A DNA stretch of 32,000 bases from Candidatus Peribacter riflensis (GCA_001430755.1 CP013062.1:570001-602000), one strand, 5' to 3'; positions 9,601 through 15,732 are shown, numbered from the stretch's first letter. Notes: generated by a model from the letters alone, not told the origin. Program-made: numbers and translations.

Positions 9601-10356
9601 GGAAGTGAGGGCAGTGAAGGGAGTGCGAAGGGCGGTGGAGGAGGCGGAGGTGGAGGAGGTGGAGGAGGTGGGAGCGAAGGCTCGACCGGCAGCGCCGGAT
9701 CATCCGGCTCAGTTCCCCCGCCCCCCGCCTCCTCCGCAGGCGGCACAAGCAGCGAGGGGGAATCCAGTTCCAAGCCGCCCGCGAAGGGCAACTGCTGCAT
9801 CGAGGGCGCAGACTACGGCATCTGCTTTGCCGACATCAGTGCACAGACATGCGAAGACAGCGCCATGGGCGGAACATTCATGGGCGATTCGCAGTGCATC
9901 GCCTCGCCCTCGACCGGTGCCAACTGCGGACCGACCGGCGGAAGCAGCTCTTCGGGAGGAGACCCCTCCTCGCAGGAGAGCAGCGCAGCCACCCCCTGCG
10001 GCAACGGACTGCCGGATGAGGGAGAGCAGTGCGATCTGGGTATTTATAACAGCAATACCCCGAATGCCCTGTGCCGCACAGACTGCACGTCCGCCCGCTG
10101 CGGCGACGGCATTGTGGATACCAACCCATCGGGAAGGCCGAAGGAGCGCTGTGACGACGACGGACGCAACAGTGATACGGAGCCGGGAGCCTGCAAGACC
10201 AACTGCAAGTACCGCAACACCTACTTCACCCTCGGCCAGTGGCTGCAGAATCTCCAGCTCTACGCCATAGACGGGGTACCGGTGCCGGATGCCCCTGAGA
10301 CGAACGAGAACACGCAGTTCCTCGTCATCGGCGCACTGACGTTCATCCTCATGTAG
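3667..10356 (+). CDS. giant secreted cysteine-rich repeat protein (2229 aa)
   Basis: A single uninterrupted 6.7-kb ORF. The N-terminal hydrophobic segment is LALGTFLTLVLTGILV, and an alternative start is ATG 3736 (MFRTAF...). There are 32 Cys-Cys doublets, mostly in the context (V/I/G)ACC. Ser/Pro-rich linkers lie at about 4440..4680, 4860..4960 and 5100..5230, and a Gly/Ser tract at about 9100..9720. Two CDDxDPCTxDxC motifs lie near the N-terminus. A CGNG...GEQCD...CGDG...CDDDG unit lies near the C-terminus. The protein ends in a short hydrophobic tail. Confidence 0.9.
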   Translation: MSTMAVQLFTILSHSTPAIVLCKMFRTAFTELALGTFLTLVLTGILVEQNRMAPLPAPMLYGALTAQTSSDPPYDPPPDLGACCSSFDGTCLSDSTDVGACAGMGGMFYPWTYCSNACSSTISYPPCPPSCDDGDPCTDDWCEFGICQHTSITGCCRSNAECTSSDPCWATECIANQCFGMNLCEMGACCQPDGSCAQTPQLYCSGSHYTFADCSICPSSSSVPSMCVPPDCDDDDPCTSDACIPAAEGGEMCDHIPTSCPSSYSSSSSRPSLGSSSSTSSSSSYPSSSRSSSSSQPPPSSQPSSSRSSSFSGPPPPPSSSAGSTPSSQRSTTSNASSSSATNLCEWCKQTFGEDTGSLSCCEASCNGCPPGTTIGDPRESGCETDGSGCGCPTCSATPSSSSAPSAPSSSSTPPPPSSSSVHSSSSSSSEGPVSCCFGSTCMDDVYPFICSLFGSPAEDPVFGPGNDICGVATCGGGGSSSSSPSSFRSSSSSSSEPPPPPSSSSSSSSSSVVPPPSSSSSTSQGCTDAEKRSCCNTIGILHWCNDNVCPEDCRKKGVEPYPSNGVCGANGFPQAMLQRFFAQLLSLSPSSCPVPNYACCGKDNPTECVVVTAQSQCEGGSGTPVSAGTVACTAEQSAACGTPSCDLGCWGGTESEMAASCYPDHNEIKDATPSQPNYKCCCPKKQNCCRMLSTPTGGTPPYGRSYTCTREGPTQCAMLDDIGGTIYHPGTIISEDCNSKCKAPDPPGWCCTPDGPKKMKKEDCKAEFSTAATAPDDFCPRACCHGSIPDGCAVRSWKYCDTLDGDFKFGATACGPETCKDKNEVACCPLESGSGGAWKCQTFPKNEEESKCQTGTSFGDICPQENPASPLCGPPPERLVACCSTEGTCWQMYLKEGDSCETKNGVNTYHPDPFDPPSDCKAGPAGQPGINCVPGTPPKGACCFSNKPCAQLTSKECGDGGGAYKGAGASCSPDPCGNTVACCTRPDEGTAWSCTPKLESQCKDGTNTRNLGKAAQCPADWEQQCAVEKIACCLKSPSGGKSCGTVKKSEADSLCASTFAEGASPSCSAEQEATCAPIACCPKEGCRIESCTAMTALQCGAEGCEAKGAGSTCTPDPCAPPKACCGSDRQNPSCTARSACGEGETEIEGKCPAAGSDEMREKCSMVACCQEKDGELTGVCALGESCNSNNERPAVSSDGKPVTSCSPNPCETPPKKVACCPKGSETCAMDQSREDCDATQTISDNNSCDGITCVKQSACCKEEADGSFSCPAKPAEGSCPAGTKPMDMAECKEKGCPEPKFACCLLVEGSADVYTCTTNFTRDECIAKRGLTKPNYCPSGLAEVKKYCGGDSVVCCDKNGACIEDPSDPSTECLEGTIESSNDRCSEEKKAECKKKGGSCCKLDAAKKPTCREKPAAGCSADERSYELDVAGCQTECKGQVSCCGGDWEKATCETREAVKCKEDEREVNVDKCPEDQEAIEKLCSGNIGCCFPPPAPQYPWTCESSVYTKTECERYKGTPVNYCPSSVEDIQKVCNGKKGSVICCGGEDGKECLLNPADPDSECTAGSIEHDDRNLNVCPASKKSACAKEKVNCCSVDENFLLTGECQSNVPAQDCPSDRRVNQCSKTACQKRVACCVKDAPGCVENIPANQSSYFCQAGKISEQNNCNEFVMRDRGRTTNLCEQGPWSCCTQPGRSLACVDLQNVGQVTECSKQGFVPIIGATCKDNPNPCQILMKKRHACCSPKTGPDGRPWMACEEQDNGTPVVMTPSTLLAETTTGDDGGSGESCYLDLPSCVASCPVGPIEEPSSSDGNNESSAGGGGIPGGGGGGGGGGSAGGGTSGGGASHPSGGDESSAGGGGGSDGSSGSGGGGGGSSAGGGTPGGGGGGGGGTTSDSGSSGSQGSVPASSAGGGASHPSGGDESSAGGGGGSDGSSGSGGGGGGGGSAGGGGGSAGGSDGSSGSDGGGSSGGGGGSEGSEGSEGSAKGGGGGGGGGGGGGGSEGSTGSAGSSGSVPPPPASSAGGTSSEGESSSKPPAKGNCCIEGADYGICFADISAQTCEDSAMGGTFMGDSQCIASPSTGANCGPTGGSSSSGGDPSSQESSAATPCGNGLPDEGEQCDLGIYNSNTPNALCRTDCTSARCGDGIVDTNPSGRPKERCDDDGRNSDTEPGACKTNCKYRNTYFTLGQWLQNLQLYAIDGVPVPDAPETNENTQFLVIGALTFILM
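9202..9467. repeat. in-frame direct duplication inside the Gly/Ser tract of the giant gene
   Basis: The 59-bp string ggagccagccatccctcgggtggcgacgagagttccgccggaggcggcggagggagtga occurs identically at 9202..9260 and 9409..9467. The offset is 207 bp, or 69 codons. Degenerate similarity continues for about 25 bp after each copy. A further 22-bp exact repeat, agtgatggaagctctggaagtg, occurs at 9463..9484 and 9541..9562. Confidence 0.9.
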
Positions 10357-10449
10357 GAAACGGACGCAACCAAAGAAAGGTGTCATGTGACACAGGCCGC
10401 CTGGCCTCATGAACGCTCTTCATGCTAGAACCTGCACGTTCTTTGCCCT

Positions 10450-12969
10450 ATGATGAAAATACCAATGACCGCGCATCCCGATCCACTGCCCACCCTCCCG
10501 CTCCTCCCCTTCTCCACCCTGAGTGATACCGAGGTGAAAGCCCTGCTGCGCACGCACAAGATTGGGCTCACCGTAGAGGAGGCGCGCAAGATCGAAGTGA
10601 TGCTCGGGCGAGATCCGACCATCGTGGAGGCGACCATCTGGGGCATTCAGGGCAGCGAGCACTGCAGCTACAAATCGAGCAGGCGTTTTCTCCGTACGTT
10701 CCCCACGGAGAGCAGGCACGTCATCCTCGGCCCGAAGGAGGATAGCGGCATCGTCGCCATCACCGACGGACCCAAGGGCAGGCGCTGGGGCCTCGTCATC
10801 TCGCACGAGTCGCACAATCACCCCTCGCAGATCGTGCCCTTCGAGGGGGCGGCTACCGGCATCGGCGGAGTCGTCCGCGACGTGGTCTGTATGGGCGCGC
10901 GGGTGATCGGCGCGCTCGATGCTCTGCGTCTGGGGGATCTGAAAACCGAGGAATCGCGCACCATTGCGCGCGAAGTGGCTCGCGGCATCGCGGGGTACGG
11001 CAACCCCCTCGGCATCCCCAACCTCGGCGGCGACACCGTCTTCGATGCGTCGTACAACAGCAACTGTCTCGTGAACGCCATTGCCGTCGGCATCGTGCGC
11101 GAGGATGAAGTGATTCACAGCGAAGCGCCCGAAGAGGCCGGTCAGGTCGGCTACGACATCATTCTCGTAGGCAAACCCACCGACCGCAGCGGTTTCGGCG
11201 GCGCCTCCTTCGCCAGCGCCTCCATGGAAGAGGAGAAGAAGGAGCAGAATTCGGGAGCTGTGCAGGAACCGAATCCGTTTTTGGAACGCCACCTGCTCGC
11301 CTCCACCTACGCGCTCTTCGACTGGCTCGCGGCCAACCGCCACCTCGACAAAGTGAGCTTCAAAGATCTGGGGGCGGGCGGTGTCGTCTGTGCGAGTGTG
11401 GAGCAGGTGGCCAATCTGGGGCTGGGAGCGGAAGTCGATCTGGATGCCGTGCACGTGTCGGTGGCGGATCTGCCCCCCGAGATCATTGCCTGTGCAGAGA
11501 CGCAGGAACGCTTCTGCTGGGTCTGTCACCCCTCACTCACCGATCAGATCCTGCGCCACTACAACGAAATCTGGGATCTGCCGTCGGTCGCCGAGCATGC
11601 GCGCGCCAGCCGCATCGGCCGTGTAATGGTGAATCCCCTCCTCCGGCTCACCCATCGTGGCCAGGTGGTCTGCGTGGCGAAGGCGCTCGATATCACCTGC
11701 GGGCTCCAGTACACGCGTCCGACAAAGCTGACTCCTTCGGCAAGGATCGAGCCCGCCATCACTTGCGAGAAAGATCGCGTGTCTGTGAACGGCAAAACGT
11801 TCTCCTTCACAGAAATTCTGCACGCGATGCTTCGTCACCCCAACGCCGCGAGTGTTCGTCCCCTCATCCGCCACTACGACAAGGACGTGATCGGCAACAC
11901 CATCATCGAGGCCGGCGAAGCCGATGCCGGCGTGATCGCGCCGCTCACCGATCTCTCCAGCTATATCCACGCAGGCACGCACCCCGGCTGGGAAAATCTG
12001 CCCGAGAAGGACCGGGGCGTGGGTGTTGCTCTCGCCGCAGACGGCAACGGCCGGTACGGACGCATCTCCGCCTACTGGCAGGGCGCCAACGCCGCCGTGG
12101 AATCCATGTGCAACGTGGCAGCCGTCGGTGCCGTGCCCCGCGCGCTCACCGACTGCCTGAACTACGGCAATCCCGAAATCCCCGAACAACTCTCTGCACT
12201 GGAAGAAGGCGTAAGGGGCATTGCCGACGCCGCCAGAGGAGTAGCCATCGATGGCGAACCCGTGCCGATCATCTCGGGCAACGTCAGCCTCTACAACGGC
12301 AAGCCCGACGGATCAGCCATCGACCCCACCGCCATCGTCTGCTGCATCGGCGTCCTGCCGGATGCGCGTGCGGCGGTCTCGATGCAGGTGAAGCAACCGG
12401 GCTCCGCCCTGCTGCTCATCGGCGAACGCAGAAACGAGTGCGGCGGCTCTCTCTACTTTCACGTCCTCGAGCAGCTCACCGCGTCGCCGCGCGATGCCCT
12501 GCTCGGATCTGCAGTCCCGCAACCCGACTGCGCGACCGTCGCACAGGAGATATTGTTGATCACAAAAGTTATACAATCAGGTGATGCCCTCGCCTGCCAC
12601 GACATCAGTGACGGGGGGCTCCTGCTCGCGCTCTTCGAAATGCTCCTTCCGCAGAGAAAGATAGGAGGAACGACGGGAGCGGAAATCGACCTCGCCTCCC
12701 TGCAATCCTCTCTGCAGCCCGATACCCTGCTCTTCAGCCAGACGCACGGCTTCCTTGTTGAAACCCCGCAGGAACGGGCAGACGCCATCATCGCCCAGGG
12801 AAAGAACATGGGCATTGCAGTCACCCGCATCGGCCAGACCACCTCCTCTCCCCTCCTCGCCGTGCGCAGGGGCACAGAGAGCCTGCTTGCCGCAGAGTTG
12901 AAGGATCTGCGCTCCATTTGGGAAAAGGGCTTGGAATCGGCTTGGACTGAGCCCGAGAAACACAGTTGA
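10450..12969 (+). CDS. purL: phosphoribosylformylglycinamidine synthase subunit PurL (FGAM synthase II)
   Basis: 839-aa ORF with the PurL signatures WGIQGSEHCSYKSS and SHESHNHPSQIVPFEGAATGIGGVVRD, and the AIR-synthase-like duplication DISDGGLLLALFEM near the C-terminus. Confidence 0.95.
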   Translation: MMKIPMTAHPDPLPTLPLLPFSTLSDTEVKALLRTHKIGLTVEEARKIEVMLGRDPTIVEATIWGIQGSEHCSYKSSRRFLRTFPTESRHVILGPKEDSGIVAITDGPKGRRWGLVISHESHNHPSQIVPFEGAATGIGGVVRDVVCMGARVIGALDALRLGDLKTEESRTIAREVARGIAGYGNPLGIPNLGGDTVFDASYNSNCLVNAIAVGIVREDEVIHSEAPEEAGQVGYDIILVGKPTDRSGFGGASFASASMEEEKKEQNSGAVQEPNPFLERHLLASTYALFDWLAANRHLDKVSFKDLGAGGVVCASVEQVANLGLGAEVDLDAVHVSVADLPPEIIACAETQERFCWVCHPSLTDQILRHYNEIWDLPSVAEHARASRIGRVMVNPLLRLTHRGQVVCVAKALDITCGLQYTRPTKLTPSARIEPAITCEKDRVSVNGKTFSFTEILHAMLRHPNAASVRPLIRHYDKDVIGNTIIEAGEADAGVIAPLTDLSSYIHAGTHPGWENLPEKDRGVGVALAADGNGRYGRISAYWQGANAAVESMCNVAAVGAVPRALTDCLNYGNPEIPEQLSALEEGVRGIADAARGVAIDGEPVPIISGNVSLYNGKPDGSAIDPTAIVCCIGVLPDARAAVSMQVKQPGSALLLIGERRNECGGSLYFHVLEQLTASPRDALLGSAVPQPDCATVAQEILLITKVIQSGDALACHDISDGGLLLALFEMLLPQRKIGGTTGAEIDLASLQSSLQPDTLLFSQTHGFLVETPQERADAIIAQGKNMGIAVTRIGQTTSSPLLAVRRGTESLLAAELKDLRSIWEKGLESAWTEPEKHS

Positions 12970-12996
12970 CATATATAACATTAATTGGTTTAATAC
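12966..12996 (+). promoter_or_regulatory. candidate sigma70-type promoter for the surface-protein gene
   Basis: TTGACA at 12966..12971 overlaps the purL stop codon. A 17-nt A/T-rich spacer follows, then TTTAAT at 12989..12994 (TAATAC is the alternative register). This lies about 55 nt upstream of ATG 13051. Motif match only. Confidence 0.3.
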
Positions 12997-13050
12997 TCAC
13001 CTTTTGCCCCGCATACGCGGGACAGAGGATCCTCTTTTTCCCCCAGCGCT

Positions 13051-14196
13051 ATGCAGTATCCGACACGCAGCACCCTCGTGAGTGCCCTCGCCGCCTGCTC
13101 GTTCTTCCTCGCCTCGCCGGCCCTCGCCGCCGGAACGGTGACGATCGTGCAGCAGAGCCCCATTGATGTCCTCGGGGAATACACGCTCACGCTCCCGAAC
13201 GGCACGCAAACCACCATCCACGAGCAGGAGCGCAAGGAAATCACGTCAGCCGCTGCCGGAACGTACCATCTGCGGATCGTGCCGCCTGCAGACGCCAAAG
13301 TGACGACCACGGTGACGAAGAATGGCATCGACCAGACTGCCACCGCCGAGAAAGACGTCAGCTTCACCATCGTGGATACCGAGCAGGTGCTGGTGACGAT
13401 CAGCTATCGCTACGACGGGACCGTGGAGGTGCAGAGCAATCCGGAAGGCGCTTCGTTCGAGCTGCTCGGACCCAATGACCTCCGGGTGACTGGCACCAGC
13501 CCCGCCACCTACTCCGGCATGGCTCCGGGTGTCTACCGTGTGACCTTCCACAGAAAGGAAGACTGCAGCCTCGTTTCTCCCATTCAGCGCCAACTCGACG
13601 CGAACAAGACGCTCACCCTCATCGGTGCGTACACCTGCGGTGTCGTCGCTCCGCCCGCCCCTCCGCCGGTCGAACCGGAGGAACCGGTGGCGGATACGAA
13701 TGAAGGACGCACGCTGCGCATCTGGGTGGCCACGCACCAGGCCGAAACGCTGCCGGGCAGCACCGTGCGCACCACGATCACGGTGAAGAACACCGGCACG
13801 CGCACCGTCCACAACCTGGTCATCTCTGCGCAGATCGATCCCGCCATGCTCCAGTGGTCTACCCCCCTCCCGCGCTTCGGCACGGTGAGCGGCGATGTCG
13901 CCTTCTGGGAGGTTCCACAGCTCTACTCCGGCAAGACCTGGTCCGTCACGATGCCCCTCGTCACGAATGCATCCGTACAGCAGGGTGAGCAGAGCGTTGT
14001 CACTGCACGCGTTGCGGCCGATGACCTCGCCGACGGGAGCACAGACACCCTCCTGGCCAAGACAACCGTGGGTGTGACCGGCATGCCGGAGACCGGCTTC
14101 CGCGCCGATGTGATCTTCCTGATCCTGAGCACAATCTTCACCGCAGTCTGCGCCAAGAAAACCGTCCAGCAGCACCTGGCGATGGAGCGAGCCTGA
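13051..14196 (+). CDS. cell-surface protein with a PEGA-like domain, a DUF11-like domain and an MPETG sortase-type sorting signal
   Basis: Signal peptide MQYPTRSTLVSALAACSFFLASPALAAG. A literal PEGA motif is present (VEVQSNPEGASFELLGPN...GVYRVTF). A Pro-rich linker is followed by TVRTTITVKNTGTRTVHNLVISAQI, which is DUF11/CARDB-like. The C-terminus is GMPETG, then a hydrophobic stretch (ADVIFLILSTIFTAVCA), then KK. Confidence 0.85.
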   Translation: MQYPTRSTLVSALAACSFFLASPALAAGTVTIVQQSPIDVLGEYTLTLPNGTQTTIHEQERKEITSAAAGTYHLRIVPPADAKVTTTVTKNGIDQTATAEKDVSFTIVDTEQVLVTISYRYDGTVEVQSNPEGASFELLGPNDLRVTGTSPATYSGMAPGVYRVTFHRKEDCSLVSPIQRQLDANKTLTLIGAYTCGVVAPPAPPPVEPEEPVADTNEGRTLRIWVATHQAETLPGSTVRTTITVKNTGTRTVHNLVISAQIDPAMLQWSTPLPRFGTVSGDVAFWEVPQLYSGKTWSVTMPLVTNASVQQGEQSVVTARVAADDLADGSTDTLLAKTTVGVTGMPETGFRADVIFLILSTIFTAVCAKKTVQQHLAMERA

Positions 14197-14219
14197 AGAA
14201 CAAATAATCTTGGAGCAAT

Positions 14220-14255
14220 CAGGGCGTTCCCGCAGTGCGGGGCGCCCTGTTTCGT
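14220..14255 (+). terminator. rho-independent terminator candidate after the MPETG protein gene
   Basis: cagggcg (14220..14226) pairs with cgccctg (14243..14249). An inner 5-bp stem is cccgc/gcggg around the loop agt. TTTCGT follows. The structure begins 24 nt after the stop at 14196. Confidence 0.5.
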
Positions 14256-14344
14256 ATGGACGGATCACCATGAAGCACGGCACCGGTCCATTGCACCCGA
14301 CCTCAAGGGTAGGCAAGACTATAGGGTCTTTCCTCCATCCTCCC

Positions 14345-15619
14345 ATGCGTGTCCGTTCTGTCCCCCTCCTCGCGGTGCTCTCACTCTGTTTGTTCGCATT
14401 CCCGCATGCTGCGCGCACACAGGCAACGGGAACCATTTCGGTGGAACAGGAGCCTGCCAAAGGGTTCACCGTGCTGGGCAACTGGGTGCTCCTCAAGCCG
14501 GATGGCACCCGCACGACCACGAATGTCCCTTCGCACACCTACGACAGTGCGCCGGCGGGCAAGTATCTGCTCAACATCCTCCCTCCGTCAGGTATGAGCG
14601 TGCAGATCACGCTCACGCTCAACGGCGAGACGCTCATCCTCGATAAGCCGCAAATTTCCTTTCAGCTAGCCGAAGGCAGCGCAGTCACGCTGCACGTCAA
14701 GTACACCCTCGCGTTATCCGGCAAGGTGGGCGTCGATACGTCGCCCCCCGGGTTTCCCTATACCCTCACCGGACCCGACGGCGCCGTCTATACGGGCGTT
14801 TCGCCCGGCTTCTACGATCCCATGCCCGTGGGGCTGTATTCGGTGACATTCGATCCGATCGATGGATGTCCTCCCCTCAGTCAGCAATCGGGGCGCCTGG
14901 TCAAAGACAGCCGCGTCGTCCTCTCGGTACAGATTGCGTGCGACAACCTGCCACAGCTCGACCAGCAACAGGCAGAAGAGAAGGGCCGCCTGTTCGTGAA
15001 AGCCACCATTGATGGTGCCACCGTCATCTTCGATGATGTGCCCATCGATCAGTGGTTCGCCTCGCACGTGCGCCGCGCGCTGGATGCCAAAGTGATGTCC
15101 GGCTACCGCGATGCCGCGGGCAAACCGACCGGGAAATTCGGCCCCTCCGACCCCGTGACCGTGGCGGAGCTGGCCAAGATCGCGCACCGGCTGGCCAGCG
15201 TCGATGAAGCGAGAGACTGGGGAGAGCCGGAGAACGAACGGGCGCGGGGAACCTGGTTCGCCTCGTTCTTCGCCTCGGCGGAAGCGCACGACTGGCTGGT
15301 GTACCTGAACCGCTCGATCGATCCCCTGCGCCCCGTTACGCGCGCCGAAGTTGTGGCCACGTTCCTGCAGGTGCTCGATGTGCCCCGGGAATGGCCGACG
15401 GGCTCACTCTTCCGCGATGTGTCTCGCACGATCCCCTATGCTGACTGTATCGAAACCGCTGCGAATCACAGTCTTGTAGCCGGCTACACCGATGCAGCGG
15501 GCAGCATGACAGGGCTCTTCGGTCCCGCTGACCCGGTGAACAGGGCCGAGATGGCCAAGATGATCTCGGCGGCCATGGAGCTGTACTTGGAAGATACGGC
15601 GTCGTTCCAGCCGGAATGA
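14345..15619 (+). CDS. S-layer-homology (SLH) domain surface protein, N-terminal paralog of the preceding gene
   Basis: The track ORF 14210..15619 is trimmed to ATG 14345, which gives the signal peptide MRVRSVPLLAVLSLCLFAFPHAARTQA. The N-terminal roughly 170 aa align by eye with 13051..14196, for example GTISVEQEP...AGKYLLNILPP against GTVTIVQQSP...AGTYHLRIVPP, and the PEGA-like VDTSPPGFPYTL...GLYSVTF. The C-terminal half has three SLH-type units (FDDVPIDQWFASHVRRALDAKVMSGY...FGPSDPVTVAELAKI; WFASFFASAEAHDWLVY...PLRPVTRAEVVATF; FRDVSRTIPYADCIETAANHSLVAGY...FGPADPVNRAEMAKM). Confidence 0.85.
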   Translation: MRVRSVPLLAVLSLCLFAFPHAARTQATGTISVEQEPAKGFTVLGNWVLLKPDGTRTTTNVPSHTYDSAPAGKYLLNILPPSGMSVQITLTLNGETLILDKPQISFQLAEGSAVTLHVKYTLALSGKVGVDTSPPGFPYTLTGPDGAVYTGVSPGFYDPMPVGLYSVTFDPIDGCPPLSQQSGRLVKDSRVVLSVQIACDNLPQLDQQQAEEKGRLFVKATIDGATVIFDDVPIDQWFASHVRRALDAKVMSGYRDAAGKPTGKFGPSDPVTVAELAKIAHRLASVDEARDWGEPENERARGTWFASFFASAEAHDWLVYLNRSIDPLRPVTRAEVVATFLQVLDVPREWPTGSLFRDVSRTIPYADCIETAANHSLVAGYTDAAGSMTGLFGPADPVNRAEMAKMISAAMELYLEDTASFQPE

Positions 15620-15628
15620 ATCGTGGAT

Positions 15629-15647
15629 GGGAAACCTACGGTTTCCC
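15629..15647 (+). terminator. hairpin directly after the SLH gene stop
   Basis: gggaaacc-tac-ggtttccc, an 8-bp perfect stem with a 3-nt loop, begins 10 nt after the stop at 15619. There is no U-tract, so terminator function is uncertain. Confidence 0.3.
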
Positions 15648-15685
15648 CTCCACGAGCCACCCTTTCCCTTCAATGGTATCGCTTC

Positions 15686-15717
15686 AGTTGTGGGTCCCGT
15701 CAGAGCCACCCACAACT
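15686..15717. terminator. second hairpin in the convergent intergenic region
   Basis: agttgtgggt (15686..15695) pairs with acccacaact (15708..15717), a 10-bp stem with a 12-nt loop. It lies between the convergent SLH gene and the transglutaminase-like gene. No clear U-tract on either strand. Confidence 0.3.
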
Positions 15718-15732
15718 TCGCGATGGATTATT

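Noticed and set aside
10380-10407. Short inverted repeats after the giant gene (GTGTCA-tg-TGACAC at 10380..10393 and aggcc-gcct-ggcct at 10394..10407)
   Set aside because: The stems are only 5-6 bp, with a 2-nt loop in the first and no U-tract. This is too weak to call a terminator or operator.
8969-10410. Poly-Pro, poly-His/Arg and Ala/Val-rich ORFs (8969..9748 -, 9036..9800 -, 8990..10270 +, 9709..10410 -)
   Set aside because: They are mirror and off-frame translations of the (GGN)n Gly/Ser tract of the giant gene. Poly-Pro is simply the complement of poly-Gly codons.
10420-11529. 369-aa minus-strand ORF (also 11533..12189 - and 11763..12584 +)
   Set aside because: It is antisense or out of frame relative to purL, which is identified by several strong catalytic motifs.
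13246-14538. 430-aa minus-strand ORF
   Set aside because: It spans two independently supported + strand genes, their intergenic region and a terminator hairpin. Its sequence is Arg/Gly-rich with no motif.
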